This document shows, piece after piece, positions 38,771 to 52,858 of a stretch of DNA of 64,000 nt. The stretch is from contig OZ024745.1 in the NCBI GenBank assembly GCA_964016885.1, forward strand, positions 77,190,001-77,254,000, in the 5' to 3' direction. The stretch's first letter is position 1. The number at the start of each line of letters is the position of its first letter. This DNA comes from Eledone cirrhosa. Lineage: Eukaryota. The translations under genes were made by a program, and so were the position numbers. The notes beneath the pieces are model-generated. The model saw nothing but the letters and a program-made list of their open reading frames with translations, was not told the origin of the DNA and did not search any database.

Positions 38771-39864
38771 GGCAGATCATCCACCAACTTCGTAATAAGA
38801 CGCCTTCCTCCACACTTGCTTCTAATTCTATTTTAAAATTTAAAACATTTGGGTTTATGAAAGCATCACAGTTTTACTATTTCAAAATTTCAAACTGGAG
38901 AAAAAAAATAGAGCAACATTTGAATCAACAACATTCTTCTCCCATATACTTGGCTCTTGGTACTGAATTAAGATTAATTCCCTCAAAACTGAATGATCAT
39001 TATATGTATATCACTCACAAAGTTAAAACAAAATTATTTCTGTTTAACCCTCTAGAATTTAAACCAGCCATATCCAGCCATAATTCTCTCACCTCTTTCT
39101 GTTCAAACTGGCCGTAACTGGCCACTCATACTGTGGTATTGTTTGCAAAATAAATAACATCAAAATCTCATAAATTCGATATTATGTGAGATAAAGCCTT
39201 TACCACGAAAATACAATAGTATATATAGGGTAATGTAAATGCTAAAGGGTTAAGAAGGCTATCACACACTCATTTGTAAAATTCTTCTGTTTTCTTAAAG
39301 GAATTTATGTAGAAAATTGACATATATTACTACCAGGAAGATTATATGATTCAATATACAGTAATGTGAGATGCTCAACCAGCAATTTTAATAAAACAGC
39401 CATTCACACAATTTTATTTATATCTGCATTGATAGAGACATTTTTAAAAGTAACTTCCTTATTATAGAATAATATGGACTCAATAGCAGAATGCTAAATT
39501 TACTTGAGCTTATGACTGTAATAGATTATAGAAGGAAATCTGCCAATGAGTTGAGATGACAAATATGTTTACATTTCTGGTTGCAGTTTCATTTGGAAGG
39601 AAAAGGGAAAATGTTACTCAATCTTCTGCCATACTTTTCCATCTCTGTCCATTTCACTTAACAAAACATTAACATTTTCTGTTGAAATTGTTTACAAAAA
39701 TCATGAATAACATATTAATTTATCTTTTCTTTCCTTAAAAGCCTTCTTCTTCTTCTTCTTCTTCTTCTTCTTCTTCTTCTTCTTCTTCTTCTTCTTCTTC
39801 TTCTCCTTCTCCTTCTTCTTCCTCCTCCTCCTCCATACTCAGACCAATGTTTTTACTTTTATAG

Positions 39865-39933
39865 GTTATTTGCAGCAGTTTCTGGGCGATGTTGGAACTT
39901 CTCCTTATTGGATCTTTATTGTTATATTCCACA
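39865..39933 (+). CDS. GPR158-like GPCR exon: TM2
   Basis: Acceptor ttttatag and donor gtaagt. Translates VICSSFWAMLELLLIGSLLLYST; phase 0/0 fits both neighbouring exons. Confidence 0.9.
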
Positions 39934-41313
39934 GTAAGTAGAACAAATTCATACATATTTCAATAGACCCAGACCAAGTTATACAATCCACAGCTATGTA
40001 ACACAATTGGATATCATCTTATTACCTAAAGCCTTTATAGTTTATGTTTTGTTGTCATTGGTGTAATTTGGCCAAGATCAAGATTCTTAACTCTTGCTGT
40101 CCTAATATTAATAATGTAGGGAATGCTGGTAATTGTGGTAGATGTTGATAGAGATGGCAGGGCTAATATTGGTAGTTGTGTTGATGTTGTTTTTCTTGTT
40201 GGGGATTATGATATCAGTAGTAGTAGTTTTTTTGGTGTTGTGTTTTGGGAGTGGGCAGTAAATCTATGATGAAGCAGAGGTGGGTATAATATTCGTTGTA
40301 GTGATAGTAAAATTATCGTTGTTGTTGTAGAATAAAAATAATCATGTTGTAAAAGTAAATTGCTGCATCTAGTAAAACCCCTTTAGTCTGATTCTCTTGA
40401 AAGGAGAGAATGACAAAATATAGTTTCATTTTTTAATTGCCCTGACCTGTAAGACATAAATATATTTCCAATCTGCCCACCATATAAAACGCTTGCCAAC
40501 CACAAGCCTAGACAGTACACATCTCTGTGTATCAATAGTACTTTTCTATAATGAATAAATTGTGGTCTTCATGATAGTTTTTTCTTATTTTTTAGGCCTT
40601 CTGTATAAGTGTAAATTCTTCTTTCATTCAACATCTTGAGCTGTAGTATTGCTCTCTACCAGTCTGATATCATTTTCACAAATAAGGATATGCCTAAGTT
40701 GTTCTTCTAGGTGTATGCTTCATTAGCTTGCTATGTCTGCCACTTCATTTCCAGGATTTCATGACTGCAAAGCTATATGATTTGCAATTTTTCACTTTAA
40801 TCTTCTTAGCTGATTTTTTTCTTCTAAAATTTTCATTGTGGTTGATATTTTTAACTGCTTTTTTACAGCTAAACATTTTCAGGGCTGTTACAGTTGATCT
40901 GTTGTCTGTCAATATTCTAGACATTTATTTTCACTCTGCAATAGTTGCTGCTTAACTGCTCAGTTGCTTTTTCCATAACTAACATCTCTACATCAAAGAT
41001 ATACAGTATTTGCCTGTTTTGGCTTTAATAATATAAATTTCTACTGTTCTCCCTCTATGATGATATTAATTAACCTCTTATATTCCTAACCTTCCAAAAC
41101 TAAGCCATCTGCATATATTGAAGGGGTTACTATTTCTAATGAGAAATTACTATCTGTAAAGATTATGGTGATCTCAATACTAACATCACAGTCTGTCCAG
41201 TGTTGGTTTAAAATTTCACTCTTTCTTCCTGAAGAACCAGTTAGCCAATAATGTTTTTAACATTCTTACTCCAAGAGTATTTTCTTTTAAGACTGACTTA
41301 TGTTCATTATCAT

Positions 41314-41501
41314 GGTGGATTGGTAGTATCGGTAGAAGCTCGGACGCCATGTTTTGAAGCATAGAGTTACCTCCCTTTATGATCTGAGTTCAAATCCCGC
41401 TGAGGTTAACTTTGCCTTTCATCCTTACAGGGTCGATAAAATAAAGTACCAGTAATACACTGGGATAATTGCTAGCCTTGTGCCAAAAGTAGAAACAATT
41501 A
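41314..41501 (+). mobile_element. Family A SINE
   Basis: Full-length copy. Confidence 0.85.
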
Positions 41502-41509
41502 TCATATAC

Positions 41510-41655
41510 ATCATATATTAATGAATTTGTTTGAGTCTTTAGTAATTAAGACATTCTAATATGCAGGCATTTCAATGTGCATCATATATTAATGAATTTG
41601 TTTGAGTCTTTAGTAATTAAGACATTCTAATATGCAGGCATTTCAATGTGCAGGC
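41510..41655. repeat. Tandem duplication of about 71 bp
   Basis: catcatatattaatgaatttg...gcatttcaatgtg occurs twice. Confidence 0.85.
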
Positions 41656-42135
41656 ATTTCAATGAGCATTTCAATATACCCCAATAATTATATTTTTCTC
41701 CCCAAACTACCAAAACACACATCTATTTGTATGTGCTACAATAAGTTTTTATCGCATATCAAATTTTTTTTTTATATCTTGGTTGATATTTGATAACAAC
41801 AGCTAAACTAATCACTATAACTAAATTGATCAAATTTGCCCTCCACCCCACCGCACCCCACTAATTCAGAAATATTTCCACAGCCCCTGGATAGTAGGGT
41901 TAAGGGTAATACTTGTGGTTGGTAATAAAGGTAATAGTATTGGGGAAGTTGGTAGGTATGATTCTAATAGTTATTACAGTATTGGTGGTTAAAATAGAAA
42001 AGGCTGGGTTGGAAGGATGTTGACGATAAAAACTGAAGAGTAAATGAAATAGCAATTTTAATTTCAATTTGATTTTCAATAGAATTTTATATAATTTTCT
42101 GTAATATTTTCCAAATATTTCTATCTCTTTGCCAG

Positions 42136-42245
42136 GTTGTTATACGATACTTCGAGCCAACTACATTGACTTGCTTACTCGTGCCATGGTTTCGTGAAGT
42201 CGGCTTTACCATTGTTTATGGTGTGCTTTTACTCAAAATGTACAG
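42136..42245 (+). CDS. GPR158-like GPCR exon: ECL1 and TM3
   Basis: Acceptor ctttgccag and donor gtaact. Translates VVIRYFEPTTLTCLLVPWFREVGFTIVYGVLLLKMY(R), with the family motif YFEP...C...W.R..GF..VYG..LLK..R. Confidence 0.93.
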
Positions 42246-42352
42246 GTAACTGTATTTCTTACAGCTTGTCATATTCATGAATGATTCATGACTGATATGT
42301 CACAGGTAAATGATTGCTGCAATATATGTATGTATATATATATATATATATA

Positions 42353-42553
42353 TAGGAAAAAGTTTGACCCCGACGGCAGAGCTCAAGCCGTTTCAGAATT
42401 AGCCGTCAAAACGGTTTGAGCTCTGCTGTCGGGGTCATACTTGTTCCTATTACCCACTCTACTACCTTAAGTATTGAGTACTTAAGGTAGTAGAGTGGGT
42501 AATAGGAACAAGTATGACCCCGACGGCAGAGCTCAAGCCGTTTCAACTTCGTT
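42353..42553. mobile_element. Triple-segment fold-back element (reverse/forward/reverse)
   Basis: tgaccccgacggcagagctcaagccgtttc appears in alternating orientation three times. Confidence 0.65.
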
Positions 42554-42825
42554 ATATATATATATATATACCGTAGTAAAAGTTTGGTAGAAATATCCAA
42601 GGGTAAGAGTACTCAATCCATAGGATGTGTTAAGTATAATTAGTTACAACATATACACTTAAGTTTCATTGGGTTATGCACGCCAACTCATTCAGCCTGT
42701 AAAAAATAGAAATAAAGATAACCTCTGGTGGTTCATCAGATGCCATCTTTATTTATAACTATATTCATTTATAACCCAACGAAACTTAAGTAACTGTATA
42801 TATCATTGTTGTAACTAATTTTATA

Positions 42826-43165
42826 TCATCATCATCATTTCATTTTACGTCCGCTTTTCCCTGCTTGCAAAGGTGTGACGGGAACTGATTCTGGCTTGAT
42901 TTCTACAGCTGAATGCCCTTCCTAACACCAACCTCATTTACAGTGAGTGCTGGGTGCTTTTTTGCCGTGGCACCTCCACGACCACTTTGCAGTGGAATGA
43001 TAGGGACCCCAGTCCCTATCATCTCGTTTCTACAGCTGAGTAAACTGGAGCAATGTGAAATAAAGTGTCTTGCTCAAGGAAACAACACATCACCCGGTCT
43101 GAGAATTGAACTCACAACCTTTCGATTGCAAGGACAATGCTCTAACCACTAAGCCATGTGCCTCC
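42826..43165 (-). mobile_element. tRNA/CORE-like SINE with an RTE-derived tail
   Basis: Minus strand: ggaggcacatggcttagtggttag head, ccttgagcaagacactttatttcac core, and a tail cttgcaagcagggaaaagcggacgtaaaatga..gatgat nearly identical to the 3' end of the RTE at 48527. Confidence 0.8.
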
Positions 43166-43712
43166 ATATATATATATTAGTTATGTAATAAACAACATAA
43201 GATAATTATTTCATTTACCAGTGGTTTCTTGAAAGCAAACAAAATTTGCTGTCAGTCATCAGAATGAAAAAATCCTGGTGTATTTATTGACAGTGGATTT
43301 TAAAAACAAAAATATAATATATATGAAAGTGAGGCTGGAAATGGAAGAAGGAAAGGAAAAAGAATAAATATAAAAGTAGATAAACACACATGCACACACA
43401 CACACATATACATACACACATAGATATACATATATATATATATATATATATACATACACACATATATACACATACATATATATATATATATATCCATACA
43501 TACACATAAATACACAAACACATATATATATATATATACACATACATACACACAAATATACACGCATGCATACGCACACACATATATAGATATATATACA
43601 CACCTACATATGCACACATATGCGTATATATGTGTTTATATATGTATGTGTATATATATATATATGTATGTATGTATATATATATATATGTATTTTTGCA
43701 TGTATATATATA

Positions 43713-43995
43713 TCATCATCATCATCATCATCATCGTTTAACGTCCATATTCCACGCTTGCATGGGTTTGGACGGGAGTTTTCCCACTTGAGGCAAGCGT
43801 GGTTGTCTTGCTCGCATAGGACTGCCTGGTGGGTTTTCTATGGCTGGATGCCCTTCCTAACACCAACCACATTTACAGTGTGGAACTGGGAGGTTTTTAT
43901 CGTGTTACCTACATGGCCACATTCCAGCGTGGACTGTGTGTTTTTTTTGTCGTGACACCTACACAATCTCATTTGTTTCGGCCTGGATGTTGTGG
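43713..43995 (-). mobile_element. RTE-related non-autonomous element or SINE
   Basis: gtgttaggaagggcatccagc block and a ggacgttaaacgatgatgat tail. Relatives at 46095-46428 (+), 59146-59570 (-) and 63462-63686 (+). Confidence 0.75.
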
Positions 43996-44099
43996 TACCA
44001 ACATAACTTTACATTGAAAGGGGCGGTGTGGATGGGGTGGGGGTAGTGGGACGGGGGTGTATTTTGTTAGGGGTGCCTACTGACTGTAGTAGGTTTTAC

Positions 44100-44897
44100 T
44101 TTGTATTTAGGTAAGGCGGGTCTTCTCTATTACTGAGTACCGCCAAAGATCTCGGTCCAGTGACATTGTCTTGGAGAGGTGTAAGTGCGTGAGGTCGGAA
44201 TTTATCAAGTCGTCCCAGGTTTTTCTGGGTCTGCCTACTCTGTGGCAACCGTCTATCTTTATTGCCCTGCACTTTTTTATACAGCTGTCGTCTTTCATGC
44301 GCATCACGTGACCATACCAACGTAGCCTTCTCTCGAGTAAACAACATCTGATCCCTCTTATTTCTAATTTTTTCCTTAGTTCGTTAATGCTTTGCCGTTC
44401 ACGTATATTACTATTACACATCCAGCGGAGCATGCAAGCTTCGTTCCTCTCTAGTCTGCGTATATCCTCTGCACACAATGCCCAGGTCTCACTGCCATGC
44501 AACATTGCTGTTCGTATGCAGGCATCATACAGCCTGCCTTTCATTTTTAGGGAGAACCCTTTAGCAGCTAATAGTGGTATAAGCTCTCTGAACTTTTTCC
44601 ATCCAGTTCTGACTCTAGCTACTGTACTTTCAGAGCACCCTCCCCCACTGCTGATTTTATCGCCCAGGTAACGGAAGCTGTCCACTATTTCTATAGAACC
44701 ATCTGTGCAATTGAAAGAGCTAGTATTTTGTGCGCACTTGCTGCTACTTATTGCACTTGAGCACCGGCCACATGTGAAATCTATGTTCTTAGTTAGCTTA
44801 CCTGTGATCCCACTACATCTTTTATGCACCCATACTTTGACATGGGACATAAAATGGAGTTTCTACCTACTCCTTTCCTACACACTGAGCATGGCCA
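44100..44897 (-). mobile_element. 5'-truncated RTE LINE
   Basis: [15 protein letters not shown] / [47 protein letters not shown]. Confidence 0.9.
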
Positions 44898-44924
44898 TAT
44901 GTATATATATATATGTATGTATAT

Positions 44925-44965
<41 letters not shown>

Positions 44966-45655
44966 TATGTATATATATATGTATATATATATGTGTATAT
45001 ATATGCATATATATGTATATATATATATGTATATATATGTATATATATATATGTATGTATATATATGCATATATATATATATGTATGTATATATATATAT
45101 GTATATGTATGTATATATATATATGTATATATATATATCTATGTATAGATATATATATATGTATATATATATATGCATGCATATATATATATGCATGTAT
45201 ATATATATATGTATGTATATATATATATGCATGCATATATATATGCATGTATATATATATATATATATGTATGTATATATATATATGTATATATATATAT
45301 CTATGTATAGATATATATATACATGTATATATATATGCATCCTCTCATATCTCCTCTACTATCTCCATCTCTCTCTTTAAGATTGGTTACTCTTGAACTG
45401 TGTATATGTATATATATATATTATGTATATATATATGTATGTATATATATATGTATGTATATATATATATATGTATGTATATATATGTAGGTATATATAT
45501 ATATGTATGTATCTATATATATATGTGTATATATATGCATGTATATATATACATGTATATATATATATATACATGTATATATATATATATATGTATATAT
45601 ATATGCATGTATATATATATATATGTATGTATATATATATATATATATATGCATG

Positions 45656-45700
<45 letters not shown>

Positions 45701-45832
45701 GTATGTATGTATATATATATGTATGTTGGCAGCCACCATGTATATATATATATGCATGTATATATATATATATGCATGTATATATATATGTATGTATATA
45801 TGTATTTATATATATGTATATATATATGTATG

Positions 45833-45868
<36 letters not shown>

Positions 45869-46095
45869 TATGCATGTATATATATATATATGTATGTATA
45901 TATATATGTATGTATATATATATATATATGTATGTATATATATATGTCTGTATATATATATGCATGTATATATATATGTATATATATATATTATTTATGT
46001 ATATATATATGTATGTATATGTATATATATATATGTATGTATGTATGTATATATATATATATATATGTATGTATATGTATATATATATATATATT
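44898..46095. repeat. Compound (TA)n/(TATG)n/(TGCA) microsatellite of about 1.2 kb
   Basis: Direct reading; source of many YI/MY ORFs. Confidence 0.95.
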
Positions 46096-46440
46096 TACAG
46101 AGTACCCGGCCTCCCTTATGTACAAGCTGAAGCATATAGACAAAATCCCCCCCACACCCCCAACCGCAAGGTGGTCGTGGAGGTGCCACGACAAAAAAGC
46201 ACCCAGCCCACACTGTAAAGTGGACGTGTAGGCGCCACAGAAGAAGCACCCAGCACTCACTGTAAATGAGGTTGGTGTTAGGAAGGGCATCCAGCTGTAG
46301 AAATCAAGCTAAAATCAGTTCCTGTCTGAGCAAGGCCTGGTCAGCCGACCAGACACTGCCCACAACAGGACAACCCGTCTAACCCATGAAGAACGGACGT
46401 AAAACGGTGATGATGATGATGATGATGATATATATGTATG

Positions 46441-46475
<35 letters not shown>

Positions 46476-46476
<1 letters not shown>

Positions 46477-48200
46477 AAGAAAACATCAAGACTGGTTTAA
46501 TGAGAATAATGAACATATAGATGACTTGTAGGCTGATAAGAGGTGTGCTCTATCACGCTAATTGACAGCAAAACCACAGGAGAAGAATATGTTGCATAAG
46601 GAACTCAAGGCTGTGAAATCATGTGTTAGGCGGAGTCTTTCTCAGATGAAGGATAAGTGGTGGAGTGAGAAGACTGAGGAGATACAAGCTGCATCAGATT
46701 CCAATAACACAAAGCTGTTGTACAGTCTCTTGCATGAAGTTTATGGATTGTCTTCTTCTGTGGTGACACCGCTTTGCAGCAAGGATGGCAAGGAACTTCT
46801 TTGTGACTCACTAGGAATTCTACGAAGGTGGCAAGAGCACTTTGATGAACTTTTGAATCAGCCGTCTGTCATCAATGAAGATTTCCTCAATCTCCTTCCT
46901 GAAAAATCTGTGAAAGTAGCTCTCGCAGAACCACCGACGCTTGTGGAGGTTGCAGTATCTATCTCGAAGCTGAACAGTGGAAGGTCTCCAGGCTTTCGAT
47001 ACTGTTAACAGAAATGCATTGTGGAAGGTTCTCCAGAAACTTGGTTGTCTTGATAAGTTCCTTGCTTTAGTTTGGTGTTTACATCCTATATCGAACCTCA
47101 GGCAGCATATTTAACATCAGGCGCTTTGCTGCAAAAACAAAAGTATTTACATCAATCATAAGAGACTTCTTGTATGGAGATGATTGCGATCTTGTAGAGC
47201 ACACAGGGAGTGATATGCAGCACATTTTGAATGCATTTTCTTATGCTTGGACTGCCCTAGGATTGACTGTCAGTCTCAAGGGAACCATCGTCATGTACCA
47301 ACCTGCCCGTGGTAAGCAGTACAGTGAATATCTATGTGTATGGTAAACGACTTGGAGTGGTTGATCAGTTTGTCTACCTGGGAAGCACTGTCAACAGCAA
47401 CCTTGATAATGAAAGTCCACTCAGGATTAGGAAAGCAAGTGATGCTTTCAGAAAGCTAGAAAGGCGACTCTGGGGTCAGTGAGACATATGAAAGAAGACA
47501 AAATTGGAGCGTTTCCATCAGATGTGTCTCACTGGAGGGACCACATCAGTGATGTCAAGATTTTGGAAAGCTCTGTGTGTGACAGTATAGAAGCTCTTGT
47601 GCTTAAGCAAAGACTCTGTTGGAGTGGTCACCTTGCCAGGATGAAGGATTCTAGAATACCAAAACAACTCTTTTATGGAGAGTTATTTAAAGGAAAACGA
47701 CCGCCACATAAACCAAAAAAGAGGTATAAGGGTTCATTGAAAGCTTCTTTGAAAGATGCTAACATCTCTGCTGATACATGGGAAAATATTGCTGCTGATC
47801 GTAATAAATGGAGAAAGACTGTATATGGGGGGGGAAAGTTGCCTTTGAGGAATCTTGAATCGCATACGAGAAAGTAAAGTAGGATGTGAGGTAGGGAATT
47901 ACTGTTGCACTTCCAGACAGCGAAGGGCCTCCTATGGTGCTGGCATGCAGCGTCTGTTGGAGACTTTGCCTCAGCAAAGCTGGACTCGAAAGTCATCTTC
48001 GCAGTCATAAAGTCAGACCAGTGGTTGACTACCAGGCTGCTGTTGGAGATGCTTGCCAAACATGTGGTAGAGATTGTAAATCAGCAGGAGGGCTCAAACA
48101 ACATGCAAAGTACATGAACTCCAATCACAGCCGGCTATTACCAGTGAATGTTTTGGTTGCCAACTCTGTGCAAGACATTTTAGATCATTGACTGGGCTAA
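46476..48200 (+). mobile_element. Decayed, internally deleted RTE (BovB-like) LINE
   Basis: RWQEHFDELLN, KLNSGRSPG, DFLYGDDC, FVYLGS, RLCWSGHLARMKDSRIPKQLFYGEL and C-terminal C2H2 fingers (CSVCWRLCLSKAGLESHLRSH). Confidence 0.85.
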
Positions 48201-48234
48201 AAAACCACATTCGATCGCAGCACTGTTAATTGTT

Positions 48235-48274
<40 letters not shown>

Positions 48275-48526
48275 CATATGTATATGTGTGTGTGTATATA
48301 TATATAATTATTATCATTATTGTTGTTATTATTATTGACGTTATGTCCTTTTTGGTTTTGTTTTTTTCGTGCAATGGCCATACTCGATAACGAGAGGGAA
48401 GACATCATATATGTATGTATGTATATATATATATGTATGTGTATATGTATGTATGTATATATATGTATGTATGTATATATATATATGTATGTATGTATAT
48501 ATGTATGTATGTATATATGTATGTAT

Positions 48527-51500
48527 ATCATCATCATCATCATCATCATCATTTTACGTCCGCTTTTCCCTGCTTGCAAGGGTGGGACGGGTCTTATTCA
48601 GCACAGCATCTCTCCACTCGTCACGGTCCCTCGTCATCTCCACCGTGAGCTTCAATGATCTGAGGTCTGTTCTCACCACCTCCGCCCATGTTTTTCGTGG
48701 TCTACCTCTACCATGTCTTCCTTCAACTGGCAATTCCTGGCACTTCTTCACCCATCGGTCATCCTCCATGCGCATCACATGTCCATACCACCTCAGTCTC
48801 CTCTCCCGTACACTACATTCTATCCCTCTCAGACACAGTTTCTCTCTCAACACATTTATGCTGGGTCGTTCACGCACATTTACACTGCACATCCAACGGA
48901 GCATGCTTGCCTCATTTCTCTCTAGCCGTCGCATATCCTCTGCAGTTGCTGCCCATGTCTCACTCCCATGCAGCATCGCGCTCCTCACACAGGCATCATA
49001 CAACCGGCCTTTCGTATGCAGGGAGAACCCTTCTTCGTCAACAGAGGAAGCAGCTCCCTAAACTTCTTCCAACCCGTCCTTATTCTAGATACTATGGCCT
49101 CGGAACACCCTCCTCCCATGCTAATCTGATCTCCTAGGTACCGGAAGCTATCCACCACTTCTATAGCGCCCTCTTGCATTTGAAAAATGTGTCTATCAAT
49201 GCGACTTCTACTGTCTAATTTCCCTGTACATCTACTGCCTACATATTTCTCCCTACCTGTTAGTTTGCCTGCTATCCCGCTACATCTCTTGTGTAGCCAG
49301 GATCTGCAATGTGTGCATTTTATAGAATTTATGCCAGTTCCTTTTCTGCATATCGAACATGGCCATTTCCCTGATGGAATCAGAGTTTTGTCCTTTTTTC
49401 TACTTATCAACACTTTTGTCTTAGCTAGGTTCACTCTCAGTCCTCTTGCTTCCAACTGCTGTTTCCATAGCCAGAATTTATTCTCTAGCTCCTCTACTGA
49501 TTCTGCTATAAGAACCAAATCGTCAGCATAGAGAAGTTCCCATGGACAGCCAGTCTTAAACTCCTCTGTTATGGCTTGGAGGACTATAATGAACAAGAGC
49601 GGGCTGAGGACCGAACCCTGATGTATTCCTTCATGTATCTGGAATTCTTCACTAAACTCCATTCCTACCCTGACTTTACTGAGAGTACCTCTGTACAAAG
49701 TTTGCACTGTCCTCACAAGCCATTCCTCAACACCTAGCTTCCTTAGGGACCACCAGATGACAGATCGGGGTACCCTATCAAAGGCCTTCTCTAGGTTAAC
49801 AAAGGCTAAGTATAGTGGCTTATTCTTCTCTAAGAACCTCTCTTGCAATTGTCTCACCAAGAAGAGGGCATCTGTTGTACTCTTCCCAGGCATAAAACCA
49901 AACTGCATCTCATCTAGTTTGACCTTTCTCTAATTAGTTGTGCTAAAATCCTTTCTGCAACTTTCATAACCTGATCTATCAGTTTCATACCCCTATAATT
50001 GCCCCTCTCCAAAGCATCCCCTTTACCTTTGTAGCAATTTATGAGAATACTGCTGCACCAGTCTTTGGGTATGACACCACCATATATAGCCTGATTGATG
50101 ATGCGTGCAACCAGTTTAGTGCCTACGTCCCCTGATGCCTTCAGCATCTCAGCAACTATTCCCGATGGTCCGGCAGCCTTACCATTTTTCATTTCCCTAA
50201 TTGCCTCTTGACCCTATATTCGTCAATCTCAATAGCTGGTCCCTCTGTCGGATCTACCAAGGGTAATTTCTCTCTCTCCCATTCGTTCTCCACATTCATC
50301 AGTCTCTCATAATGACATTTCCAGGCCTCCTTTTTCTGATCATTCGTGACACTAAGTACACCGGCATCATCCCGGACACATTTATCTCTAACAACATCCT
50401 GATTTGCATTGACACACTGCCTTGCAATGTGGAACATCGCACGCCTCTGATCTTCCCGTCGCAGAACATTGGCAAACCTCCTACTCTCTGCCTCCCTGCG
50501 TGTTAAGTACACCTGACGTCTAGCTTCTCTCTTAGTGGCTGTATATTCTTCCCTACTCTCACCCTTTTTCCAAGCCTTCCATGCTAGTCTTTTGTCTCTA
50601 ATAGCCTTATCTACTGTGCTGTTCCACCACCAGGTCACTCTCTGTCTGGTTGGAGCTCTGCTCCAGCCACAGGTTTCATCAGTAGCCTGCAGCAAGTTGT
50701 CACGTAAGAAATTCCAGTTATTATCTATGTCATACGTCTCTAAATCGTCTTCTTTTTCGTCATATACATCTTGAAGGGCTTTCCTAAATTTGTATTTTAG
50801 TGAAAGGTCTTTTAGCTTTTAGCTTCCAGACCTTTCTTCTCCACACCTTCCTATATGTCTCATTCCATCTCTTGCTTACTGAGATATCACTAACAACTAA
50901 CCTATGCTGTGGGGTACATTCTTCCCCAGGGTATGCCTTGGTATTAGACACTATCTGCCTGTCCCGCTGCCTAACTAGCAGGAAGTCAATCTGGCTTATG
51001 TGCTCACCAGATTTGTAGGTTATTAGGTGATTGGCAGGTTTCTGGAAGTTTGTGTTGCAAATAGTCAATGTACCCACATCACAAAATTCAAGAAGTCTCA
51101 CTCCTTCTTGAACCGTAACCATGCCCACCATGTACCCCAGTGTAACCATCCTGGAGCTGTCCAACATGACCATTGAAGTCTCCTGCTAGCATAACGATGT
51201 CTCCGTCCTCTGTCATTGCGGTTGTTTGCAAAAGTTGCTCATAAAAGCAGTCTTTCTCATCTTTGCCTAGGCCTGCTTGGGGAGCATAGGCCGAGATGAT
51301 TGTCAGTAGTCTCCTACCTACAACTAATCTAAGCTTAATTATTCGATTACTAACTCGAACTACCTCTATTGTCTTATTGATCCATTTCTCAGCCAGGAAA
51401 ATGCCTACTCCCCCTAGCCCATCATCCTTACCTACCCAGAATAGCTTATAGCTAAGACGCTTGCCTACAACTAGTCTCGCAGAGGCACCTCTCCATCTCA

Positions 51501-51810
51501 CCTCTTGTACGCAGCACACATCCACCTGCCTTCTCTCCAGCATCTCCGCTATTTCAGCAGATCTACCTCTGAGAGTGCCAACATTAAGTGTTGCAACTCT
51601 GAGATGTGACGTCTTCATATTTTGTTGTTGTTCCTATTTGTTGCTGTGCTGATAAGCGTTTTGGCATTGATACACTGGTTGGATGCTCTTCCTAACACCA
51701 GCGCCACTTTACAGCATGGACTGGGTGCTTTTATTTGTGCCACCAGCACTAGAGAGGATGTCTTACTAGACTCAAGGGCCCTCTCTACCCCTCCATTTTA
51801 CTGCATGGTC
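48527..51810 (-). mobile_element. Near full-length RTE LINE (APE + RT), frameshifted
   Basis: APE motifs TLNVGTL, CVQEVRW, GDFNGHVG, QIDF and QHRLV; RT motifs QFGF, LEKAFDRVP, QGSVLSPLLF and YADD; Cys-rich insert; (GAT)n tail. Split over six ORFs (51618-48554). Confidence 0.95.
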
Positions 51811-51892
51811 AAAAAAAAAAAATATATATATATGTATGTATCTATATGTATGTATATATATATATATGTATATATATGTATGTATCTATATG

Positions 51893-51951
<59 letters not shown>

Positions 51952-52236
51952 ATCTATATGTATGTATATATATATATGTATATATATGTATGTATATATA
52001 TATGTATATATGTATATATATATATGTATATATATATGTGTATGTATATATATATGTATATATATATATATATGTATGTATATATATATATATATATGTA
52101 TGTATATATATATGTATGTATATATATATTTATATATATATATATGTATGTATATATATGTATATATATATATATATATGTATGTATATATGTATGTATG
52201 TATATATGTATGTATATATATGTATGTATGTATATG

Positions 52237-52796
52237 TCTCATGGTCGGGTCGTTGGCGACTAAACTGGCAACCCCACCAAGGTTTCTTGGTGAGGAGGGT
52301 GACTTTGGACATCGTGCAGGACTAAAAACAAAACCTGTCAAAGGGCAAAGGAGCTCTTAAGAGTCAATGGCCATCCAAAATCACCGGGAGAGATGACTCC
52401 TTAGCCTTTGTCAAGGCAGAATTCTAGGAGAAGGAAAACTCTGATATAACACCTGCAACCCTGGTGGTATCCAATGATGTTGACTTGTTCTTCTTTTTGG
52501 TAAATATCATCTTGGTTAAGAGAGTGGGACTGGCTTTGTGCAGTGCCTTTGCTCACTATAAAAGCTTCACGGCACAGGCATTGCTTTATATCTGGAGATC
52601 TCTCTGCACTTGTCGTCACATGGTACCATGGGCCCAGCACTATGTGTCAATAATTGTCACAAGTGTAGTGTTTGTACCAGAGTTTTCAAGTCGCTGGCTG
52701 TACTAAAAAGTCACACTTGTTTAGCGCATCGGTAGGGGTTCTCCTACATGGATATAAAGTAGTGGCCGTAATCGAAAACGAGTTGGCAGCCACCAT
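52237..52796 (+). mobile_element. Non-autonomous element resembling an RTE 5' UTR
   Basis: Contains ctaggagaaggaaaactctgatata; bounded by (TA)n; its end gttggcagccacca recurs at 45725-45738. Confidence 0.5.
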
Positions 52797-52823
52797 ATAT
52801 ATATGTATGTATATATATGTATA

Positions 52824-52856
<33 letters not shown>

Positions 52857-52858
52857 TA

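Noticed and set aside
39735-39956. Poly-Glu ORF on the minus strand
   Set aside because: Antisense reading of a (TCT)n tract and the TM2 exon.
42638-42820. Complete hammerhead at GAAActtaagTA (about 42781-42792)
   Set aside because: Only the 3' half with palindromic stem III is present in this fold-back remnant; no CUGAnGA core upstream.
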